Assembly: GCF_964213995.1 (NCBI RefSeq)
Contig: NW_027590143.1
Span: 806,001 to 870,000 of the forward strand
From: Mustelus asterias
Taxonomy: Eukaryota
DNA length: 64,000 nt
Reading direction: 5' to 3'
Positions 51,007 through 62,789 of this stretch are shown here, in pieces. How positions within the stretch are numbered: position 1 is the first letter of the stretch; each line of letters starts with the position of its first letter. The notes under the pieces were generated by a model. The model did not search any database. It had not been told where the DNA came from and was given only the letters and a program-made list of their open reading frames with translations. A program made the translations under genes and the position numbers.

Positions 51007-51658
51007 GCTCATAGTACTCCAGGTGCCACCTCGTTTGTCACTCAGTTATCCTGCCTATGTTTCCTTGCAGACTCTCGGTCCTTTCTTACGGCTTACAGTT
51101 CACCTCGCCTGACAACATCAGAAGAATGCAAACATTTACTCTGCCTCTTTGTGTAAGTCATTAAAATAGCCGTTCATAGCCTTCCAACTTGAAGATGTAA
51201 CATTACTTATTTGTGCTTGTTCTAAATAACTTGTCCTCTTCCCATGCTGATATATTGGTAATTAAGAAGCAGAATAAAACCCTTTGGAATGCCAGGTTGA
51301 CTATTTTTTTTCTGATTGCAAAGTGCAATGTTGATACTTCCTCAGTAAGGCGCCCTGTCACTTTCACGATATTTTTGTCAAGTTAACTGCCCTCTCGTTG
51401 CCTGATTTCAGAGTTGCATTACTGTTCATTAAGATTGCATCCATAATTGGAAGAATAACTCCTCAACCAAGTCAATTTTCTGTGTGATGTCTTCATAGAA
51501 TTGATGTGCACCCACAGGTCTCTAAAGGGTTGGTCCATTCAGCAACTCCAGCAATATTACTCCTGCCACTGGAAATCCACATCAAGCACGTGTCCCACAG
51601 AGTTAGCTGCAGCACCCAGAATGAGAGCGGACAGAACACATAGACAACAAAAATGTAT
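51007..51658 (-). pseudogene. Probable osteocrin (musclin)-like pseudogene, two exons
   Basis: Hydrophobic signal HFCCLCVLSALILGAAANSVGHVLDVD; GVI..PTL..DITQKIDLVEEL; GS*LDK(+1)IS; exon 51108-51007 with ag/gtaagt boundaries encoding V..KP*ER..IGR(fs)LSDKRG. Confidence 0.4.
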
Positions 51659-52806
51659 TGAGATAGAGGCAGTTTAAGAATCACTGCAAGAGTGAGAGAC
51701 CAAGGCCGATGCACAGTAAAAAATATCAGCGGGGATTGAACTTGGAAGAAACAGATTAACTTCACAAGACCATACGATTTGTAATTTATGTTGGCAGGCA
51801 AAACGAATATTTTTAAAAATACTCATCTTTGAACAGTCCCCGATCCAGACACCAGGACACAACTGAACGTTTTAAACAGAATGCAGTATCTCTGAACAGT
51901 AATCGTTGTTGTCATCTTAGGAATTTTTAAAAAAATGATCTGGTTCAAAAAATACAAAACAACGATCTGAGGAATTACTTCTTGATGCGCATAACCTCTT
52001 TATCCATCTGTAAGAGAATCATGTTTTGATGCAGCGTAAGCAAATACAACCATGAAACTGACTGAAAATATCATCGCAAATCCCTGTCTAAACAGCGGCA
52101 ATGTATCTGACTTCTAAGAAGTCGACCGTCAATCTTCTCTTTTGCAGAAAGTCAAAAGAATGTCCAGTTTCTCCTGAGCCTGGTAATAAATAATCTGTCG
52201 TTTTCTGTAACAGTTTACAGTGAATTTTGATCTTCACCATTGGAACTCAGAACAGTGTAAACAGTTCAAAACGTCCGAGGTATTTTAGTTCGGTTTATTA
52301 GTTTTACAGATACATTCCCTAGATGAGTTAATTGCCTTAACCACTGGTCCTCCTTTATCTATTCTACTATTTATATCCTCAAAAAACGACCGTAGATTTA
52401 GTAAAACATGATATGCCTTTCGTAGGTCCATGCTTGCATTGTCAAATCCCATTGACGCTTAATAAATAGTTAGTTATCACGTTTTTCCTTATAATAGACT
52501 CGACCACCTTCCCGGCGACGAATGTCAGGCTAACTGGTCTATAATTCCCATTTTTTTCCATCCGTCCCTTTTTAAATAGTGAGTTTACATTTTCCATCCT
52601 CCAATCTGTATGAACTATTCCTGAGTCGATAGAACTTTGGAAGAGGATCATCAATGCATCCATCATTTCCAGGGCCACTTCCTTTATTACTGTGGGATGT
52701 AGATTATGAGGCCCTAGTGATTCGTCAACCTTTAACTCCATTCATTCCCCCAGCACGATTTTCTTATTCATACTGATTTCCTTCAGTTCCGCAGTCCCAT
52801 TAGACC

Positions 52807-54220
52807 TGAAGACGGGAATGGGTTAATGAATTCTAATACTCAAAGTGACAAAGTGAATTCTGTGCTATTTCGGAATTGTGTGAGAAACACTGTAGAACTC
52901 ATGTTTACGTTAGGGTGTTTTCATGCTCATGTATCAGGAGTATAGAAGCACAGAGGGACCTAGGTGTGCAAGTCCACAAATCCTTGAAGGTGGCAACACA
53001 GGTGGAGAAGGTGGTGAAGAAGGCATATGGTATGCTTGCCTTTAAAGGACGGGGTATAGAGTATAAAAGCTGGAGTCTGATGATGCAGCTGTATAGAACG
53101 CTGGTTAGGCCACATTTAGAGTACTGCGTCCAGTTCTGGTCGCCGCACTACCAGAAGGACGTGGAGGCGTTAGAGAGAGTGCAGAGAAGGTTTACCAGGA
53201 TGTTGCCTGGTATGGAGGGTCTTAGCTATGAGGAGAGATTGGGTAGACTGGGGTTGTTCTCCTTGGAAAGACGGAGAATGAGGGGAGATCTAATAGAGGT
53301 GTACAAGATTATGAAGGGTATAGATAGGGTGAACGGTGGGAAGCTTTTTCCCAGGTCGGAGGTGACGATCACGAGAGGTCACGGGCTCAAGGTGAGAGGG
53401 GCGAAGTATGACTCAGATATCAGAGGGACGTTTTTTACACAGAGGGTGGTGGGGGCCTGGAATGCGCTGCCAAGTAGGGTGGTGGAGGCAGGCACGCTGA
53501 CATCGTTTAAGACTTACCTGGATAGTCACATGAGCAGCCTGGGAATGGAGGGATACAAACCATTGGTCTAGTTGGACCAAGGAGCGGCACAGGCTTGGAG
53601 GGCCGAAGGGCCTGTTTCCTGTGCTGTACTGTTCTTTGTTCTTTGTTCTTTGTTGTTCTTTGTATCCATGAGCAGATAAAGGTAGCAGCTGTGGTATACA
53701 GGAATATGTTGTGACGGCTAATCTGTTCCGGAATGCGGCTAACCCCGCCATTTTGTATTCTTTAGTTATGTATTGCTGTGTAACAGTAGGGCCTTCTGTG
53801 ATCGTATAATGATGCATTCATATATATTCATCGTAAACTGTATCGATATAGATATTATACAAGCACCTACGAATATATATAAATTGCTATAAGCCAGTTA
53901 ACTTGTTTGTACGAGACTGTAACCTTGTACGTTTGTATGGTACCCCACCTGTGTTCAGAGAACAACAGTCATGGCCTTGACACGAAACCACCAAGGCAGC
54001 AAGATTCACACGATGGAAGACAAGCCACAGCCGGGGAACCAGTGAGGCCTGGGAAACTGAACGTGACAGGGGGGGGGGGGGGGTATAAATATATCTTAAC
54101 CTGTATTTGCTGAGAAGGAATGAGGCCGTGTTAGACATCGGACGAATCTCCCACAATTGTGAAAATAAACCAATGTATTTTGACCTACGAATAGACTGAA
54201 AGGTATCTTTACCTACGACA
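52807..54220 (+). mobile_element. Solo LTR (about 680 bp once the nested CR1 is removed)
   Basis: TG...CA termini, 4-bp TSD gacc (52803-52806 and 54221-54224), TATAAA at 54084, AATAAA at 54164. Confidence 0.7.
52936..53660 (+). mobile_element. Young 5'-truncated CR1 LINE (short 3' UTR form)
   Basis: Open RT C-terminus to 53571, close to the 39823..40701 ORF; TSD tgtatc at 52930-52935 and 53661-53666. Confidence 0.95.
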
Positions 54221-55264
54221 GACCCTTCGTGTTTTATCACTTCTGGGAGGTTATTTTTGTCCTCATTTGTGAACACTGAACCAAAGTCTGGGTGTTCTAT
54301 TCTTCCGCCACTTCTTTGTAATTATAATTACCCTTGCTTCTGCCAGGTACCAACATTAGTCTTTACTGATCATTTCCTCCTCAGATATGTAGTCAGTTTC
54401 TATGTTTCCTACAATTTTACTCTCATACTCTATTTCCCCCCTCAATTATGTTGTGTCATCTTTTGTTGAATTCTAAAAGGCTCCCAATCCTCAGGCTTGC
54501 TACTTTTTTGGCAATTTTATATATTTTCTCTGGAAGATGGAAGGTTCCCGCTCCTGAAGGACATTAGTGAACAAGGTGAGCTTTGATGAAATGTTGGTAC
54601 CTTTATCATTCATATTAATTGCAGAATGATTTTTGTTTCAGCTTTTTCAATGAATTGAACTGAAATTCCCGAGCTACCCGGTTGGATTTGAACTCCTGTC
54701 TCCAGAGCATTGTTTCAAGCTTCTGGATTACGAGCTTAGTAATGATATACTATACTATATGCTATACTACCTCTGGGAATATCATCACATCTAAAATGGA
54801 ACCACTCTCCTTGAGCACAGGACCAAAGGTTGAATCATGAATTGAGGCATCTGTTATGGGAGTTGAACACATTACCATTTGGCTTAGAAGTGATATTGCT
54901 TCCACTAAAAAGAAGACTTTTAGCTGATCACAGTTTGTATTTTGACACTCTGACATTTAACTCAGTGTGTCTGGAGTTTAGGACCTGTGTGCAGTATTAC
55001 ACGGATGCATTTGATTGTCAGAAGCTGGTCTTCTCTCTATACTAAAATACCTCAGAATTTTGTAATCTTTCACCATTTAAATATTAAGTGTATTTTATAT
55101 TCATCCTGCCAAAATGGACGTTTTCACATTTGACCACATTATACTCAATTTGGCGGGGCTTTGCCAATTAATTTAACCTATTTATGTCCCTTTATCGTCT
55201 CCTTACATGCACTTCACCATTTATTTTCCTACCTAGCTTTGTGTTGTCTGCAAATTTAGCATCC

Positions 55265-55562
55265 ATATCTGTTCTGTCAATATTAGTGTATTCTAACAAT
55301 TAATCCAGTTCTGCTTGATTACTGTTCTGTAACATATCAGTCTGCAATCTAACAATTAATCCAGTTCTCCTGGATTACTGCTCTTTGACACATCATGTGT
55401 AATCCAACAAGCAATCCAGTTCTCCTAGATTTCTGCTCTGTAACATATCATTGTGTATTCCAACAATTAAAGCAGTTCTTCTACATTATTGCTCTCTGTC
55501 ACTTAACTGTGCAATTCAATAATTCATCCTGTTCTCTTGGATTATGGCTCCCTAATATATCG
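55265..55562. repeat. Minisatellite, ~56-bp unit x ~5
   Basis: aacaattaatccagttct-like motif at 55295, 55351, 55406, 55462 and ~55519. Confidence 0.85.
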
Positions 55563-56500
55563 ATTTGTTCTGGAACCCTCTCCTGAAGCAGTGACCACAA
55601 AAACACTTTGAGGGATCGTCCTCTGGTGGTGATGTGAGGTAAATGGCCTCTTCTGGGAGATCAGTGAATTCTCAGGTTACTGAAGGATCTTGTTGCAGGA
55701 TTTTGCTGCTGTATTTTTTCTTGTTCTCATGATTCTAATTACAATATACTTAAATTCAGGTGGAGCCATGCACGGAACTAATACGAACTTCAGTCTGAAT
55801 CCTCATCAATGAATTGCTTTAGCTGTTTTGAATATTCCAGGCCCTTCTGTTGAACTATATTCTTGTTACAAAATTTGAAACCACAGCAATACTGATAAGA
55901 TTCGAACTCTCAATAAAGTTCTTTCCACACATCGAAAGGATGTAAATTTGAGTCCTACCTCACATTTATCAGGCAGACTGTTGGATTTCAGTGCACCTGC
56001 TTCAATTTTAAACTTTCCTCAGAGTTTTCGTTATGATATTTCAGCTAACATACCAGCTGTCCCCTAATGGGGCTTGGGGAATTTTTTTGAAATGGGAGAC
56101 TGGGAGAAATTGCATGTTCTACATTCTGCCCTTTCCTGGAAAACGATTGAGGGAAAGAGGGTCTCTGAGACACACAGAGAGGGGACGCCCAGTAGTGCTC
56201 AAAATATTGAGAATGCGGAATGGACACCGAGGCAAACAGAGAACCGGAAGCTCAGAGAAAGACAGGCAGGAGCAGACAGAGAAACAGTCAGATAAAGTTA
56301 TTGGGCTACAACCAATGTTGTTCGGTGGCCAATTTTTGACAACACTAAGCAACAAGCCACTCCTGTCATTGGGTAACGCCTCTTAGTCTCCCAATAAATG
56401 AGGACTGCCCATGATATAAAATTACTTCTTCACATCAGAGTAGAAGAGTTGACATAATTTAACAATTCTGATGACATTGTGGAATTCTTGAGCAGGAAGC

Positions 56501-56945
56501 ATGTTCTCCCAATTTTCTTTACTAATACTGTTGGTTTTCCTGCCCGGTGAGTCTGTGTTTAAATAGTCACTGTCTGTTCCCAGCGTTCTCCCCCAGATAT
56601 TTGAGAGATTCTGTAATTTGTTGCAGGAACCAATGGCAAAGATGAAGTGTCCCAAGATCCCGCTGAATTAACGGTTCAGGAAGGACAAACCAGAACACTG
56701 GACTGCAGTTACTCGATAGCTGGTGTTCCGACTCTGTTCTGGTACATCCAGTCTCACGGGGAAGCTCCGATTTATTTATTGACGATATATAGCACAGGAG
56801 CCATAGTTGAAGATTCTCCAGAGAGATGTTCTGCTGCTTTGCACAATAGAAGCAAAACGGTCCTATTAAGTTTCGCCGGAACACTTCTCTCTGACAGTAC
56901 CGTATATTTCTAGTGCAGAGATATAGCGAACCCCGGACAAAAACC
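56501..56945 (+). pseudogene. T-cell receptor alpha/delta V segment pseudogene
   Basis: Leader 56501-56546 (MFSQFSLLILLVFLP), GT-AG intron, V exon from 56627 (VSQDP..LDCSYS..LFWYIQ..LSDSTVYF*). The second Cys is lost by frameshift. The RSS is decayed: tatagcg, 8-nt spacer, acaaaaacc at 56937-56945. Confidence 0.85.
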
Positions 56946-57459
56946 CCAGACTGGGAGTTCCAGTTAGTGGTCAGCAGAGGGCGCGCTCGCACTGATGAAC
57001 AGAAGCAATTTTTTAGCCTGTGAGATTTCAAGGACGTTTCTAAAACAACACAACATTCAACATGAACAGGTGAGCAGCAACAGAGGAATTGTATTAGGCA
57101 CGTTGTAACTTGCATTTGTACTGCAAAATAATTTCGCAAATCAATTTATTATGCCCTCACTCACGTTTTGCATTTTCATGATCTTTTCCTGTCTATCTGA
57201 ATTAATGAGCAACACATTCTCAATCTCTACTCTCTGTGTCCCATTTATCACAGCCGGTGCATAGTGTCTCTGATTAGAACGTGTTGTTGATATGGACGCA
57301 GTTTTGTAGAAAATGAATACGTTTCACAATGTACCGATTGCACTCTTTAGTTACATCAATGTTTATTTTCCTTTCGATTGAATGGTTTCTGACAGAATTG
57401 ACAGCCCAGTGTCTTCGGCTTAAAGGAACCAGGCTTTAACCTTAAGACCAAATGACAAA

Positions 57460-58462
57460 GGGCCAGGGTAAGGCTCGGCCTCTGGAGTCTGTTCTGTCAT
57501 TCAATGGAATCATGGCTGTTCCAACATTCCTCACGTACCCTTTACGGCCCGTTCCCCGTAACACTTGATTCGCTTACTGAACAAAAATCTATCTATCTCA
57601 GCCTTAAATATACACAATGACTCCAGCCCCGCAGTTATCTGTAGCAATGAGTTCCAAAGACCCACAACCCTCTGTAAAAAGAAATTGAAATTGCTCCTCA
57701 TCTTAGTTTTCAATTAGCGCTCGTTTATTCTCAGACGATGTTTTCTGACCTCAGATTCTCCCACGAGGGGAACATCCTCTCAGCATTTACACTGTCAAAC
57801 CCCTCAATAATCCTATATGTTTGAACGAGGTCGCATCTCGTTTTTCTAACTTCCAGTGAGTAGAGTACAATCCTGTTTAACCTTTCTTCGTAAGACAATC
57901 CCTCCATACTGGGGATTATCCTCGTAAACCTTCGCTGAACTACTTCCAATGAAATAATGAAATAAGAAGCCCAAAACTGGTTCCAGTATTCCAGCTGTGG
58001 TCTCGTCAATATCTTGAAGGGGTTGTCGTATGAAGAGCGGTGTAGTAGCTTGGATTTATACACGCTGGTGTACAGACGAATGAGTGGGGATTTGATTGAG
58101 GTGTATAAAATACTCAACGTGATTGGTAAATTAATTGTTAACCAGATGTTTCCCCTTCTAGAACAGTCCAGGACAAGAGATCATAGTCATGGAGTAATTA
58201 TGGTGGGGGGTGGGGTGGGGGGTGTGGGGTCAAGACAGAGATAAGGAGAAGCTACTTCTCAAAGAGGTTACTAAATCTATGGAACTCACTGTCACACTGT
58301 AGCGGATACAAAATACATCAACGGATTCAGGAAAGAGATAGATACATATTTGATCAAAAGCAGGATAAAGGGCTATGGGGAAAAGGCAGGGAAGTGGAGT
58401 TAGGATTAGATGGAGCTCTGTTATGAACATATAGAATGGTGGAGCGGGCTCGAAGGGCTGAA
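57460..58462. mobile_element. Two CR1 3' fragments in opposite orientation
   Basis: (-) RPQLEY..LEVVQRRFTR up to ~58010; (+) GLSYEER..GDLIEVYKIL from ~58013. Confidence 0.8.
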
Positions 58463-58464
58463 TC

Positions 58465-59830
58465 GATTTGATTTGATTTATTATTATAATATGTATAGGT
58501 ATACAGTGAAAAGTATTGTTCCCTGCGCATTACACAGACAAAGCATACCGTTCATAGGGAAGGAAATTAGAGAGTGCGTAATGTAGTGTTACTTTCATAG
58601 TTACGGTGTACGGAAAGATCAACTTAATGCAAAGCAGGTCCATTCAAAAGTCTGATGGCAGCAGGGAAAATGCTGTTTCTTGAGTCGGTTGGTACATACC
58701 TCAGACTGTTGTATCTTTTTTTCCGATTGAAGGAGGTGGAAGAGAGAATGTCTGGGATGCGTGGGGTCCTTAATTTTGCTGGCTGCTTTGCCGAGGCAGC
58801 GAGAAGTGTAGACAAAGTCAATGGATGGGCGGCTGGTTTGCATCATGTATTGGGCTACATTCAGGACCTTTTGTAGTTTCTTGCGGTCTTGGGCAGAGCA
58901 GGGACCATGCCAATCTCTGATACAGCCAGAAATAATGCTCCCTATGGTACATCTGTAAAAGTCGTAGCTGACATGCCAAATTTACTCAATCTTCTGAGAA
59001 AATAATTGTGAGCTTGCTTGACTATAGTGCCAGCATGGCGGGACCAGGACAGCTTGCTGGTGATTTGGACGCCTAAAACCTTGAAGCTCTCGACCATTTC
59101 TACTTCATCTCCATTGATGTAGACAGGGGCATGTTCTCCACTATGCTTCCTGAAGTCGAATACAATCTCCTTCATTTTGCTGACATTGAGGGAGAGATTA
59201 TTGTTGCCGCACCAGTTACCAGATTCTCGATCTCATTTCTGTATCCTGTCTCTTCATTATTTGAGATCCGACCCACTATGGTGGTGTCGTCAGCAAACTT
59301 GAAAATCGAGTTGGAGGGGAATTTGGCCACACAGTCGTAGGTTGTAAGGAGTACAGTGGAGGGCTGAGAACAGAGCATTGTGGGACATCAGTATAAAGAA
59401 TGAACGTAGAGGAGGTCTGGTCCCATTCTTACTGATTGTGGTCTGTGGGTTAGGAAGTTCAGGATCCAGTCGCAGAAGGAGGAGCCCAGGCCCAGGCCAC
59501 GGAGTTTGGACATGCGTTTCGCAGGAATAATGGTGTTAAATACTGAGCTGTAGTCAATGAATAGGAGTCTGCCATAGGTGTCTTTGTTATTTAGGTGTTC
59601 CAGGGTTGAGTGCAGGGCCACAGAGATCGCGCCTGCAGTGGACCTGTTGCGGTGTTCGGCAAACTGTAGTTTATCCAGGCAATCTGGGAGGCTGGAATTG
59701 ATCCGTGCCTTGACTAACCTTTCAAAGCACTTCACAATGCTGGATGTCAGAGCCACCGGATGATAGTCATTAAGGCACGCTGCTGAGCTGTTCTTTGGTT
59801 CTGGGATGATGGTCGTCTTCTTGAAGCAGA
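58465..59830 (-). mobile_element. Rex1/Babar-clade LINE RT fragment, frameshifted
   Basis: CLNDYHPVALTS..KCFERLV..LQFA..LLFIDYSSVFNTI..KFADDTTIVG. Confidence 0.9.
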
Positions 59831-60424
59831 TATAGACCTCAGCATTGTCTAATCTCGCTCCTAATTCGTATGTTCCTAAAATGGGATGCAATATCTTATC
59901 TTGTCAGCTTGGGTATGTTTGTCACTCGTGTGCGAACTGTGAATTGGATTTTGAATTCGGTTTACTGAGCAAGCAAGAAATGGATGACCTCCCCCAAATA
60001 ACACCATGCTGACTGTTCTTGATTAATCTCTGCCTCTCCAACTGCAGATGAATTCCGTTTCTCAGAATTACTTCCAATTGTTTTCCACCACTGATGCCAG
60101 ACTGTCATGCCTGTGGTTTCCTGATTTATCCTTTCCTTTCTTCAGGAAGAATGATACCACATTGAATGTCCTCCAGTCCTCCAGCTGTGGCCATTATAAA
60201 CAGACAGGTCATTATAAAATTCGTGATTAAATGTATCATACAGTGCTCTGTGTTATCTCCAGTACATCATAACCGTGACAGTCAAACATTCCAGGCATCG
60301 AGAAAAGCGCTCTATAATATTTCTGTGTTCATTAAACAACTAGCCAATTCTCATCGATATGTTTTGTTGTGACGTATGTAGTACAACTGAAAGTATGTAA
60401 TTGAATTAAACGTATCAGATATCA

Positions 60425-61485
60425 TACATAGAAACATTCTATCATACATAGCAACATAGAAGATAGGAGCAGGAGGAGGCCATCTGGCCCCTCAAGCCTG
60501 CTCCACCATTCATTAGGATCATGCCTGATCATCCAACTCAATAGCCTAATCCTGCTTTTTCCCCATAACTTTGGGTCCCATTCGCCCCAAGTGCTATTTC
60601 CAGCCACCTCTTAAATGCATTCAATGTTTTGGCATCAGCTTTTTTCCTGTGGTCATGAATTCCACAGGCTCTTTGGGTGAGGAAATGTCTCCTCACCTCC
60701 GTCCTAAATGGTCTACCCTGAATTCTCAAACTATGACCCCTGGTACCGGACTCCTCCACCTTCGGGAACATCCTCCCTGCATCTACTCTGTCCAGTCCTG
60801 TTCGAAATTTTATAAGTCTCTATGCGATCTCCCCTCATTCGTCTGAACTCCAGCGAAAACAGTCCTAACCTAGTCAATCTCCTCATACATCAGTCCCGCT
60901 ATCCCTGGAATCAGCCTGATAAACTTTCTCTGCATTCCTTCGAGAAAAAAACATCCTTCCACAGAAAAGGAGACCAAAACTGCACACAATACTTTAGGTG
61001 TGGCATCACCAAGGCCCTGTATAATTGCAGCAACTAATCCCTGCTCCTGTACGCGAAACCTCTCGCAAATGAAGGCCATCATGCTATCTGCCTTCTTTAC
61101 TGCCTGTTATACCTGCATGCTTACCTTCAGTTTCAGTAACTGGTGCACATGGACACCCAGGTCCTGCTGCACACTCCCCCTCTCCCAATTTACAGCAATT
61201 CAGGTTGTAATCTGCCTCCCTGTTTTTGTTTCCAAAGTGAATAACCTCAACATTTATCCAAATTATACGGCATCTGCCATTGATTAGCCCACTCACCCAC
61301 CCTGTCCAAGTCATTCTGAAGGATCCCTGCATCCTCGTCGCAGTTCACTCTCCCACCCAACTTGGTATCATCTGAAAACTTTTTGTTTCCTCATCCAAAT
61401 CATTAATATATATTGTGAATAGCTGGGGTCCTAGTGCCGGTAACTGTGGCACTCAACTAGTTACTGCCTGCCAATTTGAAAAGCA
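60425..61485 (-). mobile_element. CR1 LINE 3' fragment, degenerate
   Basis: TRGHSLRIQGRPFRTEVRRHF, QRKFIRLIPG, (acatagaa)n tail. Confidence 0.88.
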
Positions 61486-61542
61486 ATGATCCCTGATCAC
61501 AATATTTGCCGAACGCAGTGTTATGTTGGGTGAGGCTCTGAG

Positions 61543-61581
61543 AGTTTTTGTACAGGTTCAGCCCAGCTCTGTGCCTCTGTG
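61543..61581 (-). promoter_or_regulatory. 23-RSS (recombination signal sequence)
   Basis: Heptamer CACAGAG (61581-61575), 23-nt spacer, nonamer ACAAAAACT (61551-61543). Confidence 0.92.
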
Positions 61582-62471
61582 GGTCTCAATGCGCAGTAAT
61601 ACACACCGGCGTCTGCCAGCTCTGTTTTAGACATTTTCAGCTGAATGGTGCGGGTTGTATCATTGAGCTCCGCTGATAAACGGTCCCCTGGGAATCTCTC
61701 TGTGTTCCCAGTATATTTGCTTCTCATCAGTAGATACTCCATGGATCCGCTGGGACACTGACGGTACCAGAATAGGTAATAATTGTCAATGCTTGCAGTT
61801 GTATAATTACAGAATAACTGAACATCATCTCCTTTACTCTCTGTGACTGCAGCCGGCATCTGTGAAATTGAATCTCCTCCACATTGTCCTGTAAGAGACA
61901 AGAGTAATGCTAAATTAAACGACGTGAGTTCACTTCGTCTAATGGCCGGATTCGGCCCGTCACCCTGGCCAATAATCTGAAAAATGAATCAAAGGATCTA
62001 AACAGAAACATATTTCCCGCAACACGCAGGTTGTAACGGGATCGTGTTTGCAGCGGTTAAATGACACTCCGTTAAATGAACACCTTCGAAGGAGATCAGA
62101 TCCTCGCCTTCGCTTTACGTTATTTGAAGGGGAAACTAAACTGTCCGTGGGTTTATAGATCTCGGGTTTGTCAAAGCTTTTATCCAGTTTATCGAGTTTG
62201 TCAAAGTCCCTCACCGGCTACAGTGGGGCCTGCAATCCCACTTTAACTCTTCGCTCTCATTCAGCTGAAGTATTTTGCCTCCTCCCTTGGTGAGACAAAG
62301 TGGATTCTAATTGATATTAGAATTAATATATATTTTACCAGTGTGTTAATCGAACTGCGCAATTGAATGCAGTGAATGGTAAATACGTAAAACACAGAGT
62401 TTGTAACTTGTGAACCTGCCGGTTAATAGAGCTGCAGCGGTGAAGAATAAGCTCAGAGTCACAGGAGACAT
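61582..62471 (-). CDS. T-cell receptor alpha/delta V gene segment (leader 62471-62420, V exon 61888-61582)
   Basis: MSPVTLSLFFTAAALLT leader; GDSISQ..VQLFCNYTT..LFWYRQ..MEYLL..DAGVYYCALR, open, with both Cys, the Trp and a 23-RSS; in-frame splicing needs a GC donor. Confidence 0.88.
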
Positions 62472-62569
62472 GTTTGCAGAGGGGCCGAGGCGGATGTGAG
62501 CAGAGATTGTTGAAGTTAACATTTTAATTGTCAAGAGCTGGTATGAAGTTGAGTTACATCCGGGCCATT

Positions 62570-62600
62570 GCTGATTGGTTTATTGCTGACAACGTCATTC
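62570..62600 (-). promoter_or_regulatory. Putative V-gene promoter elements
   Basis: On the - strand, TGACGT (CRE-like half site, ~62592-62597) and CCAATCA (~62572-62578), about 100-125 nt upstream of the ATG. Confidence 0.35.
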
Positions 62601-62789
62601 ATTGACATCCAGCCTTAGAATTCCATTGTCTTCAAATGACCCAATCAGCGCACGGCCCCTTTGGGTCTCAGCGCCGGGAGAAAGAAACTCAGTGAGTTTG
62701 TTCACCTTCCGGGGACCTGGACAGGGATGAGACCCAAACTTGTCCAGTTAATCTCTTCAACCTGGAAGGCGGAGTGAGAACAGGAAATC

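Larger units (their letters stand above)
52380..54535 (-). mobile_element. Old CR1 internal fragment split by an LTR insertion
   Basis: ORF 52442..52741 (LKVDES.GP..LHP..NYRPVSLT) continues as FTNEDKNNLPE at 54221-54276. Confidence 0.8.

Noticed and set aside
51674-51862. FYCASA motif suggesting a V segment end
   Set aside because: No upstream Cys/Trp framework and no convincing RSS
55265-55562. Regularly spaced ~56-bp repeats resembling a CRISPR array
   Set aside because: The whole unit is repeated, there are no unique spacers or cas genes, and the DNA is vertebrate
61567-61573. Second CACAGAG heptamer inside the RSS spacer
   Set aside because: It leaves a 15-nt spacer to the nonamer, matching neither the 12 nor the 23 rule
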